From Podarcis liolepis (lineage: Eukaryota), in assembly GCA_965112155.1 (NCBI GenBank), contig OZ218098.1: DNA of 64,000 nt. One strand, 5' to 3'. The translations under genes were made by a program, and so were the position numbers. The number at the start of each line of letters is the position of its first letter. Within the stretch, counting starts at the first letter, position 1. Shown here piece after piece: positions 11,701 to 22,957 of the stretch. The notes beneath the pieces were generated by a model. It was given only the letters and a program-made list of their open reading frames with translations, did no database searches and was not told the origin of the DNA.

Positions 11701-14700
11701 CATTGAGGCAAATCAAAACTCCGAACATAAATCACTGGCTGCGAGATGCAACAGGTTTCAACTGGTCGCATACCTTGAGACTTCCAATTTTAGAAAGGCT
11801 CGCAGAATAGGCGAATTGTGGCAAACGCATTTCAAAGGGAGGGCTTTTCTCCAGCAAAATCACATTAAATAATGATAATAATCCTCCGCGGAAGAAAAGT
11901 GTAGGGGGGGGGCGGGGCGGAGCAGCAGTGGCAGACCCAATTATGTTTAGACAGCCGGAGGAACAGAATGAAACCCCGAATCTCCCAATATTTGTCCCAA
12001 TTAATCGTTCTGCTTGTTTAGAGCAGGGCCTTTTCCCTAAGCAGTGGTCTCAGCTTGGATCAATGAAGCTCACTTCATTTGTGTGATCTGTGCCTTCCTT
12101 GGCCATGCCAGGGCCCTATTCATTAGGCTAAACAACTCGTGGTAATTTTCCCCCCTTCTTCTTCTTCCGTCCCAAGCCTCCCACCACACAAAAGGAGTCT
12201 TTGGAGAAAACATATTCAAAACAAAACAAAACAACACACACACATGTGAAAGAGAGAGAGAAATTACAAGGCAAATCCAGTCTGGTTAGACAGAGAGCTG
12301 AAGGAGGAACATAAAAGGGAATTCCTTTTAGCATCACCTTTGCTTGTAATCTTCTTTATATCTAGAACAAAACCACACTTCTAGAAATCCTCAAACATTT
12401 GTTTTACCCTGCCTTCACCTCATTTAAACTTTTTCGCCCACTGTTTAAAAGTAAGTTGTTCTATTGCAAAGTCCTCTAGGAACCTTCCCCCTTTATTCCC
12501 CATGAAGTGGAAGTTGTGCTCTAATGGCCAATCGGACCTTTAATTCAATGGGGTTTTGGATGAAGCCTCAGCAGTAGTTAATAAAACAGGGTTTGTAACT
12601 CATCCAGATGGGAGCTTGGCAAATTAGAATAGCAGAAGGAGGAAACAGTAAAAACCAATCCTATCTGTAGAAAGGCCATGCATCCATTTCCTGATCTCTG
12701 TCTCAGCAGCCCTCAATTTTCTTTCTTTCTTTCTAAAATGTGGCTGTTAAGGATAAATTCACCAACATAAAACCCTATTAAACACTGTTTACTTAGGCAA
12801 AATTCCCACTGACTTCATTAGGATTGGGGGTTCCCTTGTTGACCTCCACACACTTCTTTTAAAAGCCTGCATAGAACATTTTTCTGGACAAGGTTTGCAT
12901 TCACCAATTCATTTTCCGGTTCTACGTATGGCGTTTAGAACAATGTTTAAGATAGGCTTCTAGACGTGCCTTCTAAACCAGAAACGTAACAACACTGACA
13001 GCAGATCAAAGAACTTGGCTCTTTGCAAGCCTCCGACCTTTGAACTATTCTTGTTTTCATCACTGTGGAACTGCTGCTGCCAGCGCAATAACCCAGGTTA
13101 AACATCCCCATATCCAAAAGAGGACGCTGTTTGGGGGTAAGAAGCAAACAAACAAACAGGCTCGAAACCCCACTCTGTGGTTACAAGGCTTGTCTCACCA
13201 TTGGGACTTGCTAGCTTGCTCTAAACAAATCTATTTTATATGCCAAAACTTGATTCTTTTACAGAGCACTCCTGTTCATGTCTACTCAGCGGCAAGTCTC
13301 AGTGGATTCAGTGGTGCTTACTCCCAGGTAACTGTGCTTAAGACTAAAAACTATTTTAAAAAAACAAATAAATGCCCTAATGTTTTTAAAGAGCATGGTG
13401 AGGAATGCATTTTCTAGAAAACCCTGAGCTGCATACAGTCCTACAGTTAGGCTCAGGATGAAAGGCGAGATTGAAAAATATTTACAATATTTACATATTT
13501 CTCTTTGGAGAGTCTGCGGCTACCTCTCTGAACCAACCTCTGCAGTAGGACAGCCTGTTTAAAACCAACAAGGGGAGGTGGGTGGGAATCTGCTTGTTGT
13601 TTTTCTTGGATCTTTCCACCAAATACATCTCAGGTGTGACATCACAAACTGCTGGGCTTTAACCTCAAGCATCAACTTGGATTTTAAATGCAATTCAAGT
13701 TTCCAAACTCAGAGAAGTCTATTCAAGCTCAATTGTCCCGTGCCTACCTGGGAAAATGACAAATCGCATTTCACCAATATAAACACTCCCAGAATGTATG
13801 CAAAAAGCACCGGTTTGATCCTCAAGAGTCAACACTGCAGGCTTCCGTTCAAAGGAACGTGAGCATTGGTGACCTTTGCTTCGTTGTCCTTTAGCCATTT
13901 CCAAATCATTCTTGCCACACTGGAGGAAAACTAATTTCTCTCTCCCTTTTTTAATATTCATGCCCCCCCTTCCCCATTTGGCCTGCTGCAAAAAAGCACC
14001 AGCTGTGCTACCTGAACATCAGGAATGCAACAACACATTTCCAATCTCAGACTCCTGCTTGTCGTTTAGGAGGTGAAAGGAGTAAGGAATAGGAATAGGG
14101 TGGTTGGAATAAGGAATCAAGGAAATGAAACGGCAACAACGGAAGTGGCAGGGCGGGGGAAGAGTGTTTAAAAGCGCTGGCATGCGCACGCACACACACA
14201 AAGATTGCCCTTGAAACAAAAAACCAGTCCCCTCTCTATGAAATCCTGGAGCTTTGTCATAGTCTCTGGCTCCTCCCGCGGTTTCGAGCGCACATGGCTT
14301 CAGCACAGCACGTGGTCAGCAGGGTGTGGACAGCAAAGACTCAGCTCTTGGCCAGAGAACTTCTACGTGGGGCCCACTTCTATGTCTTTGCTCCTGCCCT
14401 CTGCCAGCAGCACTTAAGGATTGGGAAGGGGCGGGAAGAGGTTCAATTCTAAATGCTCCAGAGAAAGCGGACACAAACCCTGCACCCCAATGACTTTAAA
14501 ATGGCAAGAACAGCAACAACGAGAGGGAAAAAACAGTTTTCCAAGGCCATCCAGCCCTGAAGCTCTTGGGCAGACCTCTGAGAGCTCGACGCTCTGCAAC
14601 GGACAACTAATCTAGCCACTTTCCCCCAGGCTGAACCACACTCCGCAAAGCAATTTTCAGCCTCGAAACAGAGAGGAAATGCCTCTTTCTGGCAAACTCA

Positions 14701-14890
14701 CCTTTGGCAAAAGTAATCCGGGTTCTGGAAAAGGAGACACCTGCTTAGTGCATGAGCTAAGCTGAAAATTTAGTGCCCAGTTTTAAAGGGTGCGCCTATG
14801 GGATTCTGGGCAGCGGGTAAAGGGAGGAGGGTGTGCTTGCTGGGGTACACAGACACACAACACGCCTTCTGGAGAGTGCAAGGCTCATAC

Positions 14891-15050
14891 CTGTAGCACA
14901 TAGAGCCACAAAAGTCTGGGCGTGTTTACGGATGATCTGCTTGCTGTCCTCAGCCACAGGCATTTTACTTAGAAAATGTTCAATAAAGTCATGAGGGGTC
15001 ATGGCAGCCAGATTCCATTTCAGCTTATTCACCAGAAGCAGTTCCATTTG
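14891..15050 (-). CDS. CCND1: Cyclin D1 coding exon 3 ([31 protein letters not shown]...[11 protein letters not shown])
   Basis: Pyrimidine tract and TAG acceptor before 15050; donor G|GTATGAG at 14891; 160 nt. Confidence 0.98.
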
Positions 15051-15432
15051 CTACAAGGGGGAGGGGGGGGAGGAAGAAAGGAGAGAGAGAAAAATGTGAT
15101 TACAAAGTTCCCTTTATAAGCACCTGGAAATACAGCGTTTGTTGGCAGAGTAGCTGTCCTAACACTGTATCCTAAAGTCTGCTTCACTTTAGGTGCCTTG
15201 CTTTGTGCAGGAGGGCAAGCCTCGCCAGCAGAAAATGGGCTCTTGCCAAACATGGCAGCAGCCATAATGCCACCGGAGGAGAACAGAAGCAGGCGGGAAA
15301 GGTGCCTTTCCACAGGAAAATTACATAATTCTGTTCCCTCCCTCCCCCCCCCCACTCCAGCCCCACCACCACCCAGCTGCTCTGAACCAGCGCTCCATTA
15401 ACCAGGCATGCGGCCGGCCGGATGAGTTTCTA

Positions 15433-15448
15433 CCGCAAGAGGGCGCCA
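15433..15448 (+). promoter_or_regulatory. CTCF-like motif in CCND1 intron 2
   Basis: CCGCAAGAGGGCGCCA fits the CTCF core CC(A/G)(C/G)NAG(A/G)GGGCGC. Confidence 0.6.
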
Positions 15449-16005
15449 GCCACCCATTTTTCCGCCTCTCCCCCATCTTGTTACTATATTTCTCCTCGTT
15501 GTGAGTTAATAATAAGGGTTTAACATATTAGGGAATTTTCATTCAGTTAATCTACTGCACAATATGGGCTGCAGCCGTCCAGAGGTTGACTTTATACACC
15601 GTTGCTAAAAATATTTGTTTACTCCCCGCCACAAAAAAAGAAAGAAAAGTGCGCTTAGGATTGCAGCTCAGCAAGTCTGTCTCCTTGACACATGTTTACT
15701 TGGAAATAAATCCTAAGGAGTTCAATAGGGCTCACGCCCCACAAGGAATGTGGAAGGGATATTATGCACCCCTGGCTTTGTCATTCAGAAATCTCAAGAA
15801 CCATATTGGCCATATCTGTTATTTCCATTCAGGCAGTCTAGAAGTTTGTCTGGATAAGGCAGGAAGAGCGCAAGCCGGGGAAAGCCAGGCACAGTTCTCA
15901 AACCCCAAATGTGAGGTGTGGGTTATGATGGGGATATAAATCTATTTCTTTTCCTTGCTGAGGTTTATAGCTTTGTTTCCCTGATGAAATTAAATAGGAA
16001 ATTAC

Positions 16006-16221
16006 CAGTAATTCGTTGGGTCTAATGGAGTTATCAGTGTAAATACACAGTTTTTCTGCAGTTAGAGGAATGGTTTCCTTCATTTTCGAAGCCACAAACA
16101 TGCAGGTAGCTCCCAGCAGTTGCAGGCGGGTTTTCTTGAGGGGTTCGAAGGAGAGATATCGGTCCAAATAGTTCATAGCCAAGGGGAAAACCTCCTCTTC
16201 ACATTTCTGCTCCTCACAAAC
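16006..16221 (-). CDS. CCND1: Cyclin D1 coding exon 2 ([21 protein letters not shown]...[29 protein letters not shown]; cyclin box)
   Basis: Acceptor CTGCAG|GTT at 16221, donor CTG|GTAAT at 16006, 216 nt, in phase with exon 1. Confidence 0.98.
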
Positions 16222-17819
16222 CTGCAGGGGGAAAGAAAGCCTGTTGAAACCAGCACTTTAAAAAGTAAAATAAAAAAACCTCAAGGAGTTCCCCATGCCT
16301 TCTGGCAACCAACTTGCTTTCAGTGGCTATGAGGTGGTGAAGGGGGAAAAAACAAAACAAATTAAGTGAATTTCCTCGAATAAAAACAAATAAACCGACG
16401 AAACGGTGCAAGAGAAGAAATGAAAGAGAAAGTCGCAAGTTGAGCAAAATGTGGCTTTCAAAAACGTGGTCGGCGTTCGGGCAAGAAAAAAGAAAAGAAA
16501 ATTGGAGCTTTTGAGGGGAGTCCTATTGAACGGCAAGCCCCCCCCAAAAAAAAATGGGGAAGGGGGTTTCAACCCGTTGGGGGCCACGGCCTAGATGCCC
16601 CCTATTGGCTCCCCCTGACTTGGGAGCTGCCGACCCCCGCTTTCGTCGAGACACAAAGGTGGCGTCCAGTGAGGCAGCTGCAAGCCTTTTTCCCCAGACG
16701 TCATCTTTTCAAAAAATATTTAAAAATATTTAAAAAATCTGCAGAGCCCCCAAAAGAGTCTGAAAACACCGCCGCGGGGGTCCTTTACCGATCCCCCTTG
16801 GGATGAGACCCGGGGGACTCTCCAGGGGGACACCCCGAAGTCAAACTCCAGGGCTCCCCAGTCCTCTTCTCTCTCTCTCCCTCAGGAAGCAACGTGCGAC
16901 ATTTGCCAGCGCCCCGGCTTTCAAAAATTAATTAAAAATAGACCGCAAGCCCGCAGGTCTTCGCAAAAGGGCTGAAAATGTAGCCCAGACGCCCCTGGTC
17001 CTGAAGGGAACCCCCACAAACACGTGTCGCCGACGGAAGGCGAAATCCACACCGGTTTTTGCCGGGCGACCTTGCCGACAAGTTCGTGCAGCAGAAGCAT
17101 GTCTTCCAAGGGGGAAGCCCAGAGGCTCCTTCTGCTCTCTGAACAAAGAAAAGTTTCCAGCAGCAACTCCCCAAGATCTGCAAGCCAGGAGCCCGATCCC
17201 CTCTGCCCGGGGTCCCCCCGGGAACCCCACTTTCCTCTCTTCCCCCTCCCGCGGGCTCCTGCCTTTCTAATTATTAATAAACACTTGGCCTTTGCAATAA
17301 AAGAACAAAGATGGCGCATAATACTGGCACGGGGAGCACTTGCATACGTGTCCATGGATATTAATTTAAAATAAAATCCTAGTCCGATTCATGGCAAGGT
17401 TGAAGGGCTGCCGAAGAATCCGGAGGGGGGCATGCTCCAGGGATCTGCCGATCCCACCTTTAGGATCCCGCAGAGGCACGAGGAAGGGGGGCGTCTTTCT
17501 GAAACTTCCAAAACTCGTTTCCCCCCTCTCTATTTTTGCACGAATTGACTCTATATACTAACTCGACAAGCCCCCCGTTATTGGTGACAGCGTAAAGGCT
17601 GCATTCTAGCTTATCTAGCCCAAGTCTATAGGAAAGAGGGGAAAGGCGTGGAGGGTGGGGGTGGCGGGGGGTAGAAATCAATGCTTCACAGTATGTTTTA
17701 GGGTGCAGGAAATTGGAGGGGGGTAAAGAAAGACAGAAAAGAGAGGAAGAGAGACACTGGGACTCCGGAATGGTTTTATTGCGAGAAAGCGCAAGCTTTT
17801 GCAAAGCGCGTTTACCAAC

Positions 17820-18017
17820 CTCCAACATCCAAGTGGCCACTATTTTCCTCATATATGGTAAGATCTCCTTCTGCACGCACTTGAAGTAGGAGACCGAGGG
17901 CGAGCAGGTCTCCTCTGCTTTCAGCATCGTCTGCAAGACCCTGTCATTGAGCAGGTTGGTGTCTTGGTAGGCTCTCCTGATGGTCTCCACTTCACAGCAG
18001 AGCAGCTGATGTTCCAT
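17820..18017 (-). CDS. CCND1: Cyclin D1 coding exon 1 ([10 protein letters not shown]...IVATWMLE, 66 aa, with LxCxE Rb-binding motif)
   Basis: Translation matches the vertebrate cyclin D1 N-terminus. ATG at 18017 is in strong Kozak context (GAC ATG G). Length 198 nt; donor GTTGGT starts at 17819. Confidence 0.98.
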
Positions 18018-18170
18018 GTCTGCCGCCTCCGCCTCCTCCTTGCTCCTTCTCCTGCAGGCGCAGCTTTGCTCCAAAGGACTGAGTCAGATTCTCTGGCTCT
18101 TCCCCTTCCAGGAGTCCCTCTGATGCTGCTTGCTGCTGCTGCTGCTGCTACTGCTGCTACAGCCCTCTGG
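18018..18170 (-). other. CCND1: CCND1 5' UTR (TSS approximate) with a (GCA)n-rich tract
   Basis: Minus-strand CCTCCAGAGGGCTGTAGCAGCAGTAGCAGC resembles the mammalian CCND1 start region as I recall it. No upstream ATG in this interval. Confidence 0.7.
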
Positions 18171-18270
18171 AGGCTGCAAAACTTTCTAACTTCCAACAAA
18201 ACTCTCCTGTATGAGTCCCCCCGTGACGTGACTGTTGTTAAGCAGAGATCAAAGCGCGGGGAGAATGCGA
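18170..18270 (-). promoter_or_regulatory. CCND1 proximal promoter: TCF/LEF site CTTTGATC (18247-18254) and CRE/ATF-like TCACGTCA (18224-18231); TATA-less
   Basis: Minus strand reads GCTTTGATCTCTGCTTAACAACAGTCACGTCAC...AGTTTTGTTGGAAGTT, colinear with the known human CCND1 TCF/CRE module. Confidence 0.88.
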
Positions 18271-18381
18271 AAGAGAAGGGAGAGGGAGAGAAGCCAAAAG
18301 CAGGGGGCAGAGCCCTAAAGCCATCCCATAGGCTGCAAGTCCTTCCCCCTTTGCTTAGCGGAGACAGAAGCAGGGCTTTTA

Positions 18382-18395
18382 ATGCAAATGCAAAT
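18382..18395 (+). promoter_or_regulatory. Two overlapping octamer motifs (ATGCAAAT x2)
   Basis: ATGCAAATGCAAAT lies about 220 bp upstream of the inferred TSS. Confidence 0.55.
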
Positions 18396-21300
18396 GAGGA
18401 CAAGGGCTCGCTTTCTGTCTTTTTCTTTTTTTCCCCTTTTCGGGGGAAGGAAGGAGGGAGGGAGGGAGAGACAGAGACAGAGAGAGGTGGTGGGGGAAGC
18501 CCAAATTGTCTTTCCACTGGATCAGGCAGAATTTTTTAAAAATGGAGAGGGCTCCGGCAGCCGAATGATGAATGAGAGTAGGCCACACACAGACACGGGC
18601 AGGCAGTAGGGGCTTCGGGCTCCTTTTCCAAGGAAGGGACCCCACCGCCACTACGGTGGTTTGGAAGATATCATCTGCGTCGTGGGTCATCCATCTAGGA
18701 AACCAGCATTCTTAGCCGTGTTTATTTTTGTTTTATTTTTTAAGTTATTATTTTAGAAGGCAAGCTCATTTTCTGGATAAGTTAGGAAAAGAACCCGGGG
18801 CAGCTATTCTAAATACACTTTCTAGAGAGTAAGCACATTGGGCTTCTTTGTATGAGTATGTACGTACTTAGGATTGCACAGAGGGCCGAAGTTATTGCCA
18901 CTGACTAGAGAAGATACAATAATAAAAAGACGATCCAAATTATTTGTGGCGTTTAATTTTGAAGTCCAAGCAGCCTGAGTCTAAACTCATTACGCGCGAC
19001 AAAGGCTCCGCGACTTCCGAAATTACGTCTACTTAGACGTGAGTCTCATTATTGTCCATGGAGTTTAGTCCCAGGTAAGTGCGGCTGCATATAGAATTGC
19101 AGTCTCCAACTTCCCTTGACCATTCTGTAAATAATAATAATAATACAGCCTTGCATCTGCATGCATTTGCTTGGACGTTAACTTGCAGCCAATGGGGTTT
19201 CCAATTTAATGTATTTTGGAGCGGGGCAAGCCCTTCGTCCGGAAGATGTGGCAGATCTTTTGGTAGCCTGCCGTAGAAATGCCATGAGTATGGCACAAGC
19301 AAAATGGTGGCCATTATTTCCTCCAACGTGCTTAGCCGGAACCCAAAGAAGGGACGGGAAGTGCACTTTTCTATCCGCCCCCCCCCCTTTCAGAGTGAAT
19401 TTAGATTTCATTGCTGTAGTCGAGGGAAAGATACTTTGAACTGTTAATTTAAATGCATCTAATCCTTTGCGCCTTCATCATAAAACACGTGGTAAGTAGG
19501 CGTGGGATTCCAACCCATTTGAAATACTTCACGCCACCCAAAACTTAATATAACGTATCATCATCATCTAGGGAAAACTAAAAACCCTTCCAGACTGGAG
19601 AGGGAAAAGTAGGACCTTATCAACCACTTTTGGGGAGATACTGTCTCATTGAACTCCGCTGGAGGTTCCTTCTGAGCAGACATATAGGATTGCAGTACAC
19701 AGCCACAATTACTGAGCAATACTGCTGAATATGACGCTTCTCAAAACCGCCTTTAAAAACTGGCTCCCTGGCTTTCACTTCAACATCCAAATGTGGTATA
19801 CGTTTAGGTATGGGGATGTGCTGCTGTTTGCTTTGAATAAGGCATTATCACCGCATTTTAGGTAATCTTACTTAGAAACTTAGAATTAAGTCCCAATGAC
19901 TTCAATGGGGCTCATCCAAAGTAAGAAAGATAGAGCCGTCGGACACGGTTCTATAAGACTCGAGGATATAATGGAGAAACCCTAGGGAGGAGGTCTGACA
20001 GCCCAGTCCTGTTTACTCGGAAGTAAGGTCTGTACCAGTCATTGGAGCTTCCTCCCGCGTAAATGCGCAGAATTTGCAACCCCCGCTTTCTGCGCATGCC
20101 CAAAGTTCGAGTACATCGCTGTTTGACATACGTGAGTGTATATACGGATATGTATGTATATATATTTCCTGTGCAGCTTCTCTGTCTCCAGGGTGCCTTC
20201 TAATTGAAGCGCAGCCTGGCATTGTGAAACGTTAAGTAAACTCCCCGCAAATTCCAGGCACGCCTTGATATGCAAACTTAAAGGATGTGTTTTTGCATAA
20301 CCTTCCCAAGTCTTTTGGAATACCCCCCCCCCGTCTCTTCGCTTTCCTTATTTCTAAAGCACACTAACGTTAGATGGTCAAGAGTGTCTCCGTCCTCGTT
20401 TTAAAAGCTCTTCGTCCGCTTATCTGCGACTCACATTTTTATTTCTTAATTTGCGTTTAGTAAATATAACTCGGGTCAGTGGCCAGCTGCGCGCACTCCC
20501 TTTCTACCGAACAATATTTGCTTTGTAAAGTCGGTTCCCCTTTCCAGTCCTTTAAAGAGGAGGGGGGAAAGTGGCGGGGGGGGGGATCCACGACGAGAGC
20601 AATGTTGTTGTTTTTTTCATTCATAAAAATCTGCGTCGGTGTGGCAGGAGCCCTTGATTTATGAGACGGAGCAGTATCAGCTACAGCTTTTCCGGAGCCC
20701 CCCTTGTACCACCACCCTCCAGCTGAGACGGCTGCACAGAAAGACCGGCTTCTGCTGCGTGTGGCAATATTGCAGGAGCGAGATCGCCCACTTAAAACAA
20801 AATTGGCTCTAATTCCTGGAGGGAACTCCCCCCCCCCCCCTTTCCCCAACTGGGCTCCAATACAAGAGGAAACTGGAATTAGCATAAGCCAATGGGGGAA
20901 TAGATCTGTTACCAGGCGGATCAGGCAGATCTGAACTAGGAACTTGTTTGATTTCTCTCTGACAAGACAAAAGGGGTCGAGGCAAAAGTGCGAGAGCCGA
21001 AGAAAAACGTGAACGCTAGAGTTGCAACGGGGGGGAACAGGAAACTTTTGATGGAAGCTTTTTTCTCACGTTCACAGTTGCACTTCCCCGCTTGGTCAAC
21101 GATCAAAAGGAAAAACGGAGAGAGCCGAGATGCTCTTTATTTAATGGCGAATAATAATTGCGAAAGCGTTGGCAGCCTTGCAGACGTTGAAACCAGGAAG
21201 GGGGCTTTCGTAGTGCACGTGTCTGGTTTAAGAGATCACGCAAAAGGGAAAGTGTAGGGCAACCGCAGTTTGGGGTGCGCGCGCGTGGGGATGGTAGGTG

Positions 21301-22914
21301 GTTATGTATGAGATATGAAACACAGATTCGTATTTGGACATTCGCCATTTGCCCATTCCCTGCATGGATTTGGGATTACTCAAATCAGCGATTACCTTGC
21401 TGTCTTCCACGGTAGAAGGGCCGATTGCCCTTTCAACTGGAAAAGGGACCAGCTTCGCATATGCGCTCCGGCATTTCTGCCCCTTCAAATGTGCGCACTT
21501 TCCCCTCGATCCCCAGCGCCGGGAACCAGCCTTCTTTTGTTTGTAAGAATGCCATAAATTAAACAAACCACTTCCCACATGTGTAGGTGGAATCTCACCT
21601 TGAGCGAGATACCTGATCGGCAACTTTAAAGGAGTTCGTTGCCCCCTCCGCTCCACCCCCTCCCCTCCGCGCTTTCTCCGCTCGGTCAATGTTTTCCATT
21701 GTTAAATCTTTCCAAGGCTCTCATTAAAAAATGCAGCTCCTTTTAGGTCTCACGTTCCGTTTCCACATGGTGTTAGCTAAAGCGCACCCCTCTTTCATTT
21801 TTCACTCAGGATTTTGATGGGGGGGGGGAGTAATAATCAAGAGCTCGAATATAAACGGCACGTAAGTTTTAGGTTTGTTCTGACAGCTTTACCGAAGTTT
21901 TTAGAAAAAACACACCTCGTAGTTGCAACTCGGGAGGTGGCGGCGAGATATTTCGGTCTGTCAACCCCCCCCCCAAATCCAAAATATTGGTTGCAATCAG
22001 TGGGTCTCTTTTAGAATAAAACTTAGGAAGAAGAGTGGGGGTATCACTCCTGAGGGACAGAGGTGGAGTGGGGGCGCTGAGTCAAAGAGAGCCCCACATG
22101 GTGCGACTGTTAGGGGGCTGCTGCAGGCGATCTCGCCTCCTCCCTCCAGCCTGCATTGGCTTCGGAGTTGGTTCCTCTCCGCTCGTCTTCTTCTCTGAGG
22201 AGGCGCGTATGAGGAAGAGGCGCCTTAAGGGCACATGTGCTGCGGGCTCCTAGGCTCGTTTACTCGGAAGTAAGCTTCACCCCCCGCCGCCGCCTCGTGC
22301 TCAGTGCGACTTGCTCCTAGGTAAGGGGGCAAAGGACTGCCGTCTGTGCAGATGACATTAATAACCAGTCGAGCGGCGGAAAATGTTGCAATTACGCACA
22401 CTGGCTCTCTCTAACCACCCCCTCCACCGTGTGGATTCTGGCAAGCGTCTTCTGAGTCCCTTAAAAAACCCACCCCCTTATATGTGAAAAGGTCTTTGGC
22501 ATTCTAAACGAAACAAAACCGGCCACATATTTGGGAAGGGCCCGTGGTTAGATCTGTGTCTGTCGGTGCACAGCGCCGCATGGGTTGTTGTACCTTGGCC
22601 GGGCTGCGCGGGGGCGCATACTCTTCCTGAGGTTTACCTACCACACCGCGGCGCGCACGTTTGCCAGAGGCTTGCTGCGTCTTGCTTGCCTTTGCAATTG
22701 TTTGCAAGCATCGTGTATCTTGGCCAGCCGCGCTTCTCGCAAGGCATTGCCTCCCAAACCGACCCCAGCGACGTGCTTAATGCGTGAAATCCTCAACCCA
22801 CCCAGCCACCCCCTTCCCGCCGCCGTCTAATAGTGCTTTTCTCCCGCTCTCGCTGTGATAAATTCTGCCTGATCTTGCTTGGAATGGATATAGCAGCAAC
22901 ATCAGGAAGTTGAA

Positions 22915-22915
<1 letters not shown>

Positions 22916-22952
<37 letters not shown>
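22916..22952. repeat. (TG)n microsatellite
   Basis: Read directly from the sequence. Confidence 0.97.

Positions 22953-22957
<5 letters not shown>

Noticed and set aside
17460-17819. Long continuation of the exon-1 ORF (204 aa total)
   Set aside because: Intron-1 read-through past a canonical donor; no cyclin similarity.
18018-18074. 19-aa N-terminal extension of cyclin D1 ([19 protein letters not shown]) in the ORF track
   Set aside because: It starts at TTG, not ATG, with an in-frame TGA at 18084-18086. The conserved ATG at 18017 has strong Kozak context.
17921-18539. Overlapping 191-198 aa ORFs across the promoter on both strands
   Set aside because: Low-complexity, stop-poor GC-rich sequence giving poly-Ala and simple-repeat peptides; no recognisable domain.
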